Source: Octopus bimaculoides
Taxonomy: Eukaryota
Direction: 5' to 3'
Assembly: GCF_001194135.2 (NCBI RefSeq)
Contig: NC_068990.1
Location: forward strand, 1,094,002 to 1,158,001
DNA length: 64,000 nucleotides
The notes below the pieces were generated by a model, which made no database searches, was not told where the DNA came from, and saw only the letters and a list, made by a program, of their open reading frames with translations. The translations under genes were made by a program, and so were the position numbers. Each line of letters starts with the position of its first letter. The stretch's first letter is position 1. Of this stretch, positions 12,015-24,871 are shown in pieces.

Positions 12015-12407
12015 AATCAGGTTTTCCATGCCTAGAAATTTTCTATGGTCTAATGGTCTTCCTCTTTCTAACCCTTGCCTCTTTTCAAACAAGGTAATAT
12101 TTCTCCTAGCCCTTCAAACATGAACAGTACAATGGCCAGATGTATTTTCATGGAATATTGATAAAATTAACATCAATGTTTATATGATGTTAACATTTGT
12201 TTTCAATTAGTGCAAGATGTCAAGACCAATTTGAAACAATGACAAAGTAGACATTAAAATGATGAAGATTGTACACATTCACACACACACACACACATTC
12301 TATAGACATTAAACTCCTGACATCAACAGGAAACTTCTACAAAAACAGTGATACCAACAAGCTCTATCTACAAAGAGATGAATGAAACAAACTTGAAATC
12401 AGTGCAG

Positions 12408-12475
<68 letters not shown>

Positions 12476-12489
12476 ATTGTGATCACCAT

Positions 12490-12680
12490 CATTATCATTT
12501 AATATCTATTTCTATGCTGGCATGGGTTGGACAGTTTGACAGGAGCTGGCAAACCAGAAGACTGCACTATGCTTCCTTGTCTGTTTTGGCATGGTTTTTA
12601 TGGCTGGATGCCCTTCCTAGCACCAACCATCTAACAGAGTGGATTGAGTACTTTTTATGTGGCACCAGCACTGGTGAAAA
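12490..12680 (-). mobile_element. RTE LINE 3' tail
   Basis: atgctggcatgggttggac...ctggatgcccttcct motif. Confidence 0.75.
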
Positions 12681-13322
12681 ATGTGGGTGGAAAACTGGAA
12701 CTAGGCACTCTTCTGTGCAAGAAATAAAGTTTGACCTCATTTTACAAAGAACTTTCCATTTTCACCACATCTGTTTATCTTATTTCAATTTTTTGCATTT
12801 TGATAAATAGATTTTCCTGATTATTCTTCCTATAATCTTCGAGCAAAACAACATTTGTACCTCAAGCAGTGATATATAGAACTCAATGATGCTATTTACC
12901 ATTATTTGTAAATAATTTAATTAAGAAATTGATGCCCAAGGAATCAGTATCTTGTAAATATAAGCCAATATGTGTAATCAACTTAACAGTATTCAACTTA
13001 CAGGCAAGTGAAAATGACATTACAGCAAGTACAACCCACATTGGCAATATACACCAACAATTATTATATCAGCAAATTTAATTCAAATCCATCCAAATTC
13101 ATGCAGTAGTTATATTTTGGTGAATTTTATACAGGACTATCAGTATTTCATCAAAATCTCTAGTTTTAAATATGATTGAGAAATTTATGTAAATAAAGTA
13201 CTTCAGTTAAAATTGTGTCCTCCAGAAAATCTTTTACAATCATTTGGAGAGCTATTCTGCACGATCAAAAACATTGGTAGAAGTGCATGGTCAAAAACAG
13301 CATATTTCAAACACGCCATAAA

Positions 13323-13497
13323 TTAACCCCTAAGCATTTGGATTATTCTGTCAAATGTTAATCATGCATTATCTCAAAGCTTTGAGATTTCAATGATGTG
13401 ATTGCTTATTTTTAGAATGACATTGTAGAGTAAGTGTAAGAGGTCAGATCTGGCTAGTTTGAACATAAAACGGCCAGTTGAAATGCTAAAAAGTTAA
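13323..13497. mobile_element. piggyBac-like MITE, family 1 (internally shorter copy)
   Basis: ttaacccctaagcatt...aatgctaaaaagttaa; shares agaatgacattgta...gtgagaggt with 11784-12014. Confidence 0.65.
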
Positions 13498-13779
13498 TTC
13501 TAGAAAAAGCAGAAATCAAAATCAACAATATTTTTCTACTCTCAGATAAAATTTAAAAATCTCTATGAAAACAAATTTTAAAATAACTTTAAATAACATC
13601 AATATGGAAGCAAAAAAGACAGATAGCAACCAATTTAGCAGTTTGGTCATCAGAATAAGTACCAAGTTTAAAAGAGAAAGTATTGGGATTGACTAAAAAT
13701 TCCAAGGTGTGTCCCAGCATGGCTGCTGTTGAATGACTGAAACTAGTAAAATGATAAATTTTACTTTCATTATCATCAT

Positions 13780-14260
13780 CATTTAAAGCCCATTTCCCAT
13801 GCTGCCATGGGTTGAACAGCTTAACAGGAGCTGGTCAGCCGGAGAGCTGTCCAAGTTCCAATTGTTTGTTTGGGCATGGTTTCTATGGCTGGATGCCCTT
13901 CCTTATGCCAACCACTTTATGCAGTGTGCTGGGTGCCTTTTACATGCTATCAAGCGTGGGCGTTTCCATGTGACACCAGCACAAGTGCAAATTACGTGGC
14001 ACTGGAAGAAGTGCATATTACGTGGCACCCAGCACCTGCAAGACAAAAACCTCTCAACGGGCAGAAGGAGTGGGGCAATGGCCATAAATGACATGCCAGT
14101 ATGTATGGAAGGCCGTGATTTTACTTAGCTTGACCTATCTTCTGATGTATAGCAAATTGCCAGAAGTCATGGTCTTTTGTCATCTCTTCACTGAAGCCCA
14201 GCATCCAAAGACCGTTTCTCACTACTTCCTGATTCAACCCCTTCCACAGGTGCCCTCAAC
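13780..14260 (-). mobile_element. RTE LINE 3' fragment (tail plus end of ORF)
   Basis: Tail motif plus ttcaacccttccacaggtg, the antisense of the GTCGRGRPRKT region seen at 34955. Confidence 0.75.
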
Positions 14261-14944
14261 AATTAGAGCATAAAAAACAATTTTACTAACAACTCATCAT
14301 TACATTTTTGATGATATTATCCTTACAGTTAGACTAACATCAACCCTTTGATCAATAGGTTTAAATCCTTATGTGTTAAGGATGATTGTTGATATACCTG
14401 ATTTAAAAACTAAAGATAACTACTCTTCCAGTTCTGAACGACTCTTAATGGATGTACTCAATTTCACAGAAGGTTTCCTATGCACTACTACTTTTGAAAT
14501 TTATTCTACAAGCTAGAAAATTCATTTATTTCTCAAAGAAGAGAAAAACAAAACATTCCTTTCGATTTGAACATAGAATCAAATTAATCTCATTGTTAGA
14601 TTATAGAAAATTAGAGTCATAAAAGCAATAGCAATGCCGACAGCAATGAATAACAATGGTAATGATAATTCTTTCAGTGTTTTATATAGCTGGATGCCTT
14701 TCCTATAAGTTTTAGTTACCATGTATGGCACACAATACCTATGGCACCTATGCCAAAACCGAATACCTTGCAGAGATCAATCTTCACTTTCATTCTTGTA
14801 AGGGCAGGTCTGTGTGTGTGTGTGTGAGGGGTGTCAAGAAAATAAAGTTCAAGTACTAAGATTGATTTAATCCACTGTCCTTCCACTAAAACCTGTGGCT
14901 TTATGTCTATTAGAAATCAACATTTAGTCGCTGTAATAATTTTT

Positions 14945-15430
<486 letters not shown>

Positions 15431-15689
15431 TGCAATGGTAGAGAAATTCTATCACTAATTTCCATATACTGAAGATCACCACATCTACTGCCGATTATCG
15501 TTTGTTTTCTACCAAGAATAATTATTCTAAGTTCAGAAATAGTAATGAATGTGAAAACTTGTGTGAAATTGAAGAATTTGAAAAAAATGGTTGGGTGGTG
15601 GCATTAATCCTTAATGTTTAAATGAATGAAGTGACAATCTTCCATGGCAGGTATTTAAATCAAATAATCAGAGAAGAAGTATTATTCTA

Positions 15690-16290
15690 TTACTTCTGAA
15701 TGAAGTCTCACAGCATCAAGTTCTATCTTCTCCATTCTATGTTAGAAGTGCATAGTGTGGTAGCACAGGGTTCAAAAAGTTACCATTCTGCAACATGCTT
15801 TCGCAAAATACCAGAGATTTGCATGGAATACATGTCAAGCATTCAAACAACCCTTGGACATTCTATGTCCTACATCACAATAGAAGACAAATATGAAGAG
15901 AAAGGCATCACAGTCTCTCCTTCACCAAATAAATACCAGCCATGGAAGAAAAGCTGCAGCAGCTTTGAAGCACTGATGACATTAATTCAACATGGCCATA
16001 GCTGGGACCATTAAATGAGTATATACAAATATACCCATTTTCCTCCTTTTTATTGTTTTGCTTTTCAGACCTCACACAAATTACTGCTCTAGCTTACTAT
16101 GTCTGAAAAGTGGACAACTGGAATTCCTTCCTACCAAGCAACATTTTCTTTCATACAGACGTACAAACTGAATAATAACCATATCAATCTGGGAGGACAT
16201 GTAAATGTTATGAATATGGCCTTCCTCTGCTTCAGTAAACAGGAACCACAGAGCATACTTTACTGCCAACTGTAGCAACCAGCCATTTAC
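15690..16290 (+). mobile_element. Highly degenerate LINE C-terminal remnant (I/Jockey-like, tentative)
   Basis: Coding-like composition with stops. Fragments such as LLCLKSGQ...LSYR resemble the LxQLRSGH..L.SY motif. Confidence 0.3.
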
Positions 16291-16455
16291 ACTAAAGGCT
16301 GGTAGAATGTGGTGGGCCAATCAAGTTTCTGTCTTTCATGCTAATGATTGAGGTTGTGGCTATTTAATCCTAGGGTTTGCAACAGTAACCATCCCTTCTT
16401 TTACTCAAACAGACACAATCCAGTGTATTACTAAATTTTTTTTAAATGATAGGAT

Positions 16456-16681
16456 TTAACCCTTTCGTTACTGAATTTATTTTGAGATGCTCTGTGTTTC
16501 TTTCAATTTTAAATTTAACAAAGAATTTAATAAAATAACTTAGTTATCATTAAGCTAGTGTTAGGAACATAAATTGTGACTAAGATTTAGTGGAAGATTT
16601 TAATTCAAAACTTATGAAAACAAGACATTTGTACTACAGAGCCAGAGGTGGTTTCAGCTGGGTTGGTATCAAAAGGGTTAA
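16456..16681. mobile_element. piggyBac-like MITE, family 2
   Basis: TTAA-CCCTTTcgttac...gtatcAAAAGGG-TTAA; high identity to 26638-26866. Confidence 0.8.
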
Positions 16682-17009
16682 GTGCATATGTGTAAATGGT
16701 TGTGAGTATGGTGGACAAGTAATTTGCAAGGCAAAGATCCTTTGGGAGGGGATGTGACATTGGAGGTGCTCTTGTTCCAGATGATGAAAGGTTAGCATGT
16801 GACAGAGAGACAAAAACAGATGTCTTACTGTAGAGATACATAGTTAGAGTGAGAGAGAGAGGGAGTGATGAAAATTGAAGCCAGAAACGGGTGTGCTGCA
16901 TGTTAACCAGCCTGAGGGGTAGAAAATGGAGAGAGAGAGAGAGAAAGTGGAAGACTGCAAGAGCAAGATGGAGAATGGAAAAAAACAGGAGAGAGCTGGC
17001 GATGAAGTG

Positions 17010-17450
17010 TCAATCATTCAATCTTCATAATTCCATGCCAGCCAGCTGAAGAGCTACTCAGGCTATTGGTTTTCATGACTGGATGCCCTTCCTAATACCA
17101 CCGGCTCTATAGAGTGAACTGGGTATTTTTATGCAGCACCAGCATGCGTGCTTTTTATATAGCACCAGCTTGCAAGATTAGGAGCACTCAGTTGAAAAGG
17201 AATGCATTTTACTTAGCTTGACATGTCTTCTCAAGCACAACAAACTGTCAAAAGAGTCAGTCCATTGTCATTACCTCTGCAAGACCCAATGTCTGGAGAG
17301 CCTTTCTCATCAATTCATCCCATGTCTTCCTGAGTTTACCCTTTCCACACATTCCCTCCACAATTAGAGATCAGTACTTCTTGATGCAGCTGTCCTTATC
17401 CATATGCATTACATGGCCATACCAGCACAGATCATCTATGATGGAGACCA
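17010..17450 (-). mobile_element. RTE LINE 3' fragment
   Basis: Tail motif followed by the antisense of the LRWYGHV...RGRPRKTW region. Confidence 0.7.
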
Positions 17451-18340
17451 TCACTTCAACAACAAGCATATAGTAGAAAGCAGTAACATATATAACAGCC
17501 AACACAGCATCTCTTCCCCAGCAACACAACAAATGCCTAGTCTATGACTGCATTGGACAACAGTTATATATATAATTATCATCCACTTTTCCATGCTTAC
17601 ATGGGACAGATAGAATTTAAGACAGATATTACTTTATGGTCAGGTGCCTTTCTTGTCGAAACCCTCACTTATTTCCAAGTAAGGTAATATTTCCCCATAG
17701 CCAGACTGGTATGAACATTTGTATGACTATGATGTACGTTTAAATTGTCACAAGATGTTAAAACAAAGATACACACACATACGATGGGCTTCTTTCAGTT
17801 TCCATCGACCAAATCCATTCACAAGACTTTGTTGGTCCAGGGCTTAATAGTAGACAATCTTTTTTCCAGAATCGTAATCTCCGTATTTCGGCCAAAACAA
17901 TTTTTCAAAACGGTAAATATTTAAGAAATTGATGGGGGACGGGGGTGGGGTGAGTTAAAATTTTGAAATGCTTTTTTTTTTTTTTTTTGCAGATTCGGAA
18001 AAAAAAAAGTCCCAAAGGGGGTGTGGTCCATGATCTTTACCTCCGCCACGTTGTCAACACGCGGAATGACAAAGAAAAATAAGATAAAAAGCAACATCAT
18101 TTCAAATTTTTCAGAAACCTTCTTTGGGGATTTCTATCAAAGAATGTTCCCTAGACGTCTTCTTTATATATGACCAGGTACAGTAGACAAGTAAAACCCC
18201 TCACAGTTTTAAATGATCAGGTTAAGCGAAAATGCATTTTATTTGCATTTACATCTTCATTCTTCAAAGAAAAATAGCAATACTAAATGTTTTTTATTGT
18301 TGAATACACGCAAATTTCATTATTTTGTTCGTATATTCTA

Positions 18341-18467
18341 CAGGGTGTCCACAAGGTCTGGGTACATGGAGTAAATAAAATCATAACATAAACAATTACA
18401 TATAAGAAATAATAATTTCTTAAAGTATGTGTTAATCCCCATGGACCCAGACTTTGTGGCCAACCTG
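18341..18467. mobile_element. Tc1/mariner-type MITE
   Basis: TA|cagggtgtccacaaggtctgggtacatgg...ccatggacccagactttgtggccaacctg|TA: ~29 bp imperfect TIRs and a TA target duplication. Confidence 0.8.
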
Positions 18468-18658
18468 TATAAAGACAGTCAAACAACAGATACACGTGTG
18501 AAGTTGAACCTCGCACGAAACTCATACGTGTTTTACGTAACAAGTAGCTCGAAAACCAAAAAAGTAGAAATATAAATTATTGATTTTTCTTTGTGAACAT
18601 TCACCCTATATTAATATATAAACAGAATATCGAAAAATATGAGAAAATATAACTTTAC

Positions 18659-18745
18659 CAGTGATTATTATAATTACGTCAAACGACGACTGCAAATGTA
18701 CACATGGAATACTGTAAAGCTAGCTGCCGTTTATTACTTCCTTTT
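18659..18745 (-). other. Putative non-coding first exon of the SLX9-like gene
   Basis: cactg|gtaaag donor at 18658 inside a CpG-rich block. The ATG exon at 10740 begins with an acceptor, so an upstream UTR exon is required. The 5' end is a guess. Confidence 0.35.
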
Positions 18746-19039
18746 ATTAGTATCGAAACAGTCAATGCCCTAGTGACATAAAGTTATAATAACTTTAAAA
18801 TGGAATGACTTCATGGATATAATGTTATTAATGATAATATTTAAAATGAAAAAGCTATAAAATACTATCCATAACTGAACTAAGGGTTTTGTCTTCGATT
18901 TTAATAGAAAATACGAAACTACACAATCATTATTTGCTAAGGTTGTGGTTGCCAAGCAACAGTTAATGCCAAGCAACAGTTAATGTAGTAATTGTTTTGT
19001 TATAAAGTCACAATTCACCCAATCAATCAGTTAATCTCA

Positions 19040-19150
19040 GATCGATGAATAAACGAATTTTTAGTATTTGTTATTTGCTTTAGTTGAAGTATTATCATCT
19101 CTGGATTTATTACATATATTGAAAATATTTTCGAAATTTGGAAGATTTAC
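19040..19150 (+). other. Putative non-coding first exon of an unidentified divergent gene
   Basis: gatttac|gtgagt donor at 19151. There is no long ORF, only a 12-codon ATG frame. The start is a guess. Confidence 0.3.
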
Positions 19151-19289
19151 GTGAGTACGACGAAGATTTTTTTCCCTCCAAATTACTTGCACTTTTTTAA
19201 TTTTATGGAACTTTTTATTCTGACAATAACGATTATTTATTATTACATTTGTCATCATCATCATCGTCATCATTTAAATTTTACTTACT

Positions 19290-19510
19290 CTGGTCGATTC
19301 TGTGAGAGCAGACAGCAATCTGTTGTCAGAGGTCTCACAGGGTCTCTTTCCGAAACCCATAAGCTTTGCTACTTGGATGTTAACTTAACGTGGAAGACAC
19401 TCAACCCCCAAGCACCAACCTGAAAATCCTTGCTGTCCCCATTAGAGCAGTTTTTTGGGTTTGCTCTGCCCTCGTGTCAGTCCCAATTTCTCCAACTATT
19501 ATTGTTATTA
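19290..19510 (-). mobile_element. R4/Dong-type LINE extreme 3' end
   Basis: The minus strand encodes a degenerate ...KKLL*MGTARIFRLVL similar to the R4 C-terminal LLGTARILR motif. Confidence 0.55.
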
Positions 19511-19514
19511 TTAC

Positions 19515-19705
19515 TATGGCAGCTCCAGGAGAAACACTTAGCGGTATTTCATCTGCCGCTATGTTCTGAGTTCAAATTCCACTGAGGTCGACTTGACCTT
19601 TCATCCTTTCTGGGTCAATGAAATAAGTACCAGGCAGCTGGGGTTGATGTAATCAACTAGTCCCCTCCCCCAAATTTCAGGCCTTGTGCCTATAATAGAA
19701 AGAAT
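19515..19705 (+). mobile_element. SINE type B
   Basis: cttagcggtatttc...ctgagttcaaattcc...caggccttgtgcct. Confidence 0.8.
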
Positions 19706-19914
19706 TTTCTTCTTCTTCTTTCAAGGATGAAGATATAATTGTAAATGCAAATAAAATGCATTTATGTACTCAAAATGCATAAATATTTATTAGCTGGTCA
19801 TTTAAAGCTTTACTTGCTTACCCTAACCTGGTCATTTATATATACTGAAGACATCCAGGAAACATTCTTTGATGGTTAGAAATCCCCAAAGAAGGTTTCT
19901 GTACAATTTGAAAT

Positions 19915-20248
19915 AATGTTGCTGACATGGGTTGGATGGCCTGACAGGAACTGGCAAGGCCAGAGGCCACAACAGGTTCCATAGTCTGGTTTGGTTTGGT
20001 TTTTACAGCTGGATGCCCTTCCTAATGCTAACCGCTTTACAGAGTGTACTGGGTGCTTTTTTATCATCACCAGTGCTTTCTTTATGTGGCACCAGCACTC
20101 ATACCAATGCTTTTTGTGACACCCTGGTTTTAGGATCTCCTTTCTGTTGTGGTGGGCAGATCTTCTTGAGTACAGCAATACACCACAAGCATTATCATTC
20201 ACCATCACAACCTCTAACTTGTATACTGCTGCTGCTGCTGCTACTACA

Positions 20249-20300
<52 letters not shown>

Positions 20301-20575
20301 AGGTGATGAGCTGGCAGAATTGTTAGCACACTATATGAAATGCTGAGCAACATTTCTTCAGACTGTAAAAACCTTGCCAAACTGACCTCGCCTGTGCTTG
20401 TGCCACATACAAAGCACTAAGTCTACTCTACTGAGTGGTTGGTGTTAGGAAAGGCATCCAGCAGTAAAAATCCTGCCAAAAGAGTTACAGAAGTCTGGTG
20501 CAGGCTTCTGCCTAGCCGGCTCTTGTGAAACCATCCTACCCATGCTAGCAGGGAAGGTGTTAAACAATGATGATG
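19915..20575. mobile_element. Two opposed RTE tails (19915-20190 minus, 20370-20575 plus) around (CTG)n(CTA)n and a SINE B head
   Basis: ctggatgcccttcctaatgctaacc on the left and its reverse complement ggtgttaggaaaggcatccag on the right. Confidence 0.75.
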
Positions 20576-20589
20576 ATATATATATATAC

Positions 20590-21140
20590 ATATAAATTTA
20601 ACATGGGCGATTATTTCTTGTCTTGGGTGAAATTGCGCAAAAAATCACACAGATGTGTAGAATGATCCAGTGGTGATGCTGAGCTTTGTACTTTTCATAG
20701 TTTCCATGGTCACCGAGATAATCTACTATAATAATACTCTTGTGTTTATGAATGAGAAAGGAAGGGGTGATAGATGAATAAGGAAGGAAGGGGTGATGTC
20801 ATACTTGGTAGTGTATGCTGAAAAAATAAATCAAACAGCATTTCAACTGTGTGAATATATGTGTGTATGTAAAAGGGGGGTATGTGAATGTGTGTGCGTG
20901 TGTGCAAGCGCAATGGAAGTGGGATGGTTCATCTTTGTTCGCTTAGTATTTGGGTTTATTATTTGATTTGGTTGGGGTTTTTTTTTGTTGGTCAGTTATT
21001 TTTTAGATTTTGACAGAAAAAGTCATTCTAAAAATGTTTTTTAATGTAAGTGTGCTCAAACAAGTCAAATGCTTACACAAAGCAGGTTTTACAACCACAT
21101 CATCCAAACTGACCGGGTGAAACTGGGCTTAGCTGCTAGT
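20590..21140 (+). mobile_element. Non-autonomous Helitron
   Basis: Ends with a small GC hairpin ccgg-gtgaaa-ctgg followed ~10 nt later by CTAG|T, the canonical Helitron 3' terminus. Confidence 0.55.
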
Positions 21141-21169
21141 ATATATATATACTAGCAGCTTGATTGTTT

Positions 21170-21425
21170 ATGGAAGACCAGCAGTCATCCATGCATACCA
21201 GGCTCCCCTCTCCACGCCACTGATGTCATCCAAGGAAAAGGCAAAGGCCAATACAGCTTGGCACCAGTGATATTGCAACTCATTTCTACAGCTGACTGAA
21301 CTGGAGCAAGATGAAATAAAATATCTTGCTCAAGAACACAAAACACAGCCTGGTCCAGGAATCAAGCTCACTACCTCATGATTGTGAGCCTGACGCTCTA
21401 ACCACCAAGCCATGTGCCTTCACAT
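21170..21425 (-). mobile_element. SINE type D variant
   Basis: Reverse complement of the gaaggcacatggcttggtggttagagcgtcaggctcacaatc head with B-box gagcttgattcc. Confidence 0.75.
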
Positions 21426-21547
21426 ACATACACATTTATATATATATTCGAAATGCTTAGTTTAGAATAGGGGCAGCTGATGAAGGAAATATTCTCTATG
21501 TGGCCTGTTTGTTTTCTGTGCTCTGTTTATGTTCTGTTTTTCATTTT

Positions 21548-21801
21548 GTCCACGTTTTTTTGTGACGTCCTGTACCCAGATATGCATCTATATGTACATA
21601 TAGATGTCGGTATGTACATACATGTACGTACATATGCATATACTCACATATTATTTGTATTATTTATATATATATATATATATATAAAAACAAATGGTAA
21701 ATGAGTATATGCATATATACGTACAGGTATGTGCAGACCGACATCCACCTGTATGTATAGGTGCATATCTGGGTACAGGACATTGCAAACAAAACGTAGA
21801 C
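21548..21801. repeat. Fold-back element with ~110 bp arms around a (TA)n core
   Basis: gtcctgtacccagatatgca at ~21567 and tgcatatctgggtacaggac at ~21762; the arm similarity extends inward. Confidence 0.85.
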
Positions 21802-22104
21802 GAGAAAACACACAATGCACATATATGTATGTTTGTGTATATGTATATATGTGAATGTGTGTGTGTCTTTGTGCTTGTGTTTGTCCCCTCATCATCCATC
21901 ACTTCACCCCTATAACGTGGCACTTCAGCAAAAGTGACTGACTGAATAAGGACCAGACTTCAAAATGAAATCCTGGGACGAATCTGTTCTACTAAAACTG
22001 TTCAAGGTGCTGCCCCAACATGGTTGTAGCCCATCATCTAGAATAAGTCAAAGGAAAAGGTAAAATGTAAAAGAAGATGTCAGTGGAATGCTCAGCCACT
22101 TGCA

Positions 22105-22345
22105 TGTTAATCCACTCACTCACCCATCCATCCATCCATCCTTCCATCCATCTGTCCCTCCATCCATCCATCTATTTGTCCATTCATCCATCTGTTTGTC
22201 CCTCCAACCATCCATCAGACACTTACATGCTAATTCACCCATCCATCCATCCGTCCATCCATCCGTCCATCCATTCATCTATCCATTTGTTTGTTCATCT
22301 GTCTGTCTGTTCATGCATCCATCAATCCATCCACCCATGTCTGTC
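22105..22345. repeat. Degenerate (TCCA)n microsatellite
   Basis: Directly visible. Confidence 0.9.
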
Positions 22346-23141
22346 CATTAGACTTTCCAGATAGATTCCGTGGTGTGACCAGCTGAGACTATGGATATCA
22401 TCCAACTACAGGAGCAGGTAATTCAGTTGATATCAAACAGAAGAATCCTCATTGTCAAATGACTGAGAACAACCTTCCATCCACTATCTCTTTCTAGCTT
22501 TCCTTTTCTCTTACCCTTTCATTCTTTTACTCATTCACTTTCCCTCACTCCCTCCCTCTCTCCCCTCTCCCCCTTTCTTCTCTTGCTTGCCTTCTATTAT
22601 CTTACTTCCTCTTTCCTATTTACATTGACTTAGTTTCACTTTCATTATATTTGTTCTTTTCCATCCTTTCCTTTTTTCTCTATCTCTCTCTTTCCCCCTT
22701 CCCCATCACATTTTTCAATCTTCTCTTTTTCTATTTCTTTACATATAACGGAGGAAAAAACTCCACAAAAAGAAAGAAAAAAAGGCATCTTGTGATATTT
22801 GGTTACTTTCTGTTTTCTGTCTCAGTTGAAATATCCCATGGGGGTCATATTTTTGCCTTTCTCCAGAGGTCGATATAATAATATAGCAGCCAAATAGTAA
22901 GTTCAATATTATCGGCTCAGACCAATGACTGAAATCACGGTAGAATAGCTTGCTACTTGCTAGAGAAGAAAAATACCCTAAAGCAATAACACTGAATCAA
23001 ATTTTATCTCAGTAAGTCAGTGTACTTAAAACATGTTATCTCACAAAAGATACAAGTCTACTTTCCTTTATCTCATATATATGTGTGTGTGTGTGTTTGA
23101 GTGTATATATATATAACTGGCATTAAATGATGATGATGATG

Positions 23142-23177
<36 letters not shown>

Positions 23178-23224
23178 TTGAGTGTATATATATATATAAC
23201 TGGCATTAAATGATGATGATGATG

Positions 23225-23263
<39 letters not shown>

Positions 23264-24639
23264 AAGGTGCATGACTCAGTGGTAAGAGTGTTGGGCTCAC
23301 AATCCTGAGGTTGCGAGTTTGATTCCCAGACCTGGCTGTATGTTGTGTGCTTGAGCAAGGCACTTTATTTAACGTTAACCCAGTTCACTCAGCTGTAGAG
23401 ATGTGCTGCACTGGCATGTTATGTTTACTCTTGACAAATGTTTCCATGGGAATGTTTCCCCAGGATTCCTTGTGTTAATGATTGCATATATATTCAATAA
23501 CGGTTTCAAATTTTACCACAAGGGCAACCATTTTGGGGGAGGGGATGAGTCGATTACATTGACCCCAGTGCTTCACTGGTACTTAATTTATCGACCCTGA
23601 AAGGATGAAAGGCAGCACCAACCTCTGGCTCATCAGCTCCAGTCTAACTGTCAAACCCATGCCAGCATGGAGACGATGATGATGATGATGATATACATAT
23701 ATATATATATTATATCATGCTAGAGTTAATGTAGCCATTAAAGCACACACAGAGTCTAGACTATTGTTTCTATTTCTAATTTACATCATAATATATGTTT
23801 TTATATCATATGCTATGTCCATAGTTTGGCAAGTTACAGAAAAGCAAGAAATAGTTCTCATGTACATCTACAAAGAACTTATAATGCCTATTAATACAGC
23901 CAATCCTGCTTTTTGTATTGTGGATAATTGCATAATTTGATAGATTGCATAACTTTTGAAAACACTAAGCCATTTAGCATAAAATCTTTGTGAAATTGGT
24001 CATGTACATTAAAAGAAAAGAGAAAAAAAACAACAACTTAATTTTACTTAATCACAAATGATTTTCTTTCTCTGAGTTGAGTAAAAAATAAATTGATAAA
24101 ACACTGTGTATTATGGGATTTTTATTTGATCTAATAAAAAGATGAAGTTATTCTGGAAGTTTCCATTTTCAAAACTGATACCAAGAGAGTAAAATGTAAT
24201 TAAGATGTTCCTACCTTCTCAATCAATTTAAAGACTATCAAAGCAAATTTTTTTTCAAGAAATAAATCTTCATTGTAGATACAATTTGTCAAAGAAAGAT
24301 GATGGGTGGATATAAAGCTGTGAATAGACAGCCAGCTTTGTGTTAATTTCATTATCATTTACATTAGGTAGTGATAAACCCAACTGAAAATCTTTTTAAC
24401 TGACATGATCCTAGTTGTTGTTGCTGAGTAATTCAAAGTGTGTGAAAGTAAGCGTTGGGGTACATGAATCTGGTTATGCTTTGGTAATTGAAAAAAGAAA
24501 AAAAAATCTTCCACTGTCAATCCACTTCTTATTTACAATTCATATCTTTCTGTCTCTAGCTTCATGTATGTCTATCATTTTCTATCTCTCTCTCTCTCTT
24601 TCTCTCTCTCTGTTCCACTATTCCAGAAAGTAATGGAAT

Positions 24640-24815
24640 GATATACTTATGTACACACACACACTCATGCACACAAACATCCATCCATACAGACACACGT
24701 ACGCATGTATGTATATGTATGTATGTAAATATATATATATATATACATATATATACATATATATACACATACATGTATACATATATATATATATATACGT
24801 ATATATATATGTGTG

Positions 24816-24868
<53 letters not shown>
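24640..24868. repeat. Compound (CA)/(TA) microsatellite
   Basis: Directly visible. Confidence 0.95.

Positions 24869-24871
<3 letters not shown>

Larger units (their letters stand above)
18480..19160. promoter_or_regulatory. Candidate CpG-retaining bidirectional promoter
   Basis: Unique sequence with visibly more CG dinucleotides than its flanks. Contains CACGTG (~18495), TTACGTCA (~18674), ACTTCC (~18736) and TATCGA-like motifs, with splice donors pointing outward on both strands. Confidence 0.45.

Noticed and set aside
14310-14400. Possible C/D-box snoRNA (TGATGA...CTGA)
   Set aside because: It is on the strand opposite the host intron, has no terminal stem, and I recognised no rRNA guide.
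19727-19741. Possible 15-nt micro-exon GATGAAGATATAATT
   Set aside because: Weak donor (att|gtaaat), and the pyrimidine tract is simply a SINE tail.
21448-21495. CGAAA...CTGATGA resembling a permuted hammerhead ribozyme core
   Set aside because: Stems II and III and the UH cleavage triplet cannot be paired. Other CTGATGA hits (34146, 45493, 62453) also lack a matching GAAA and stems.
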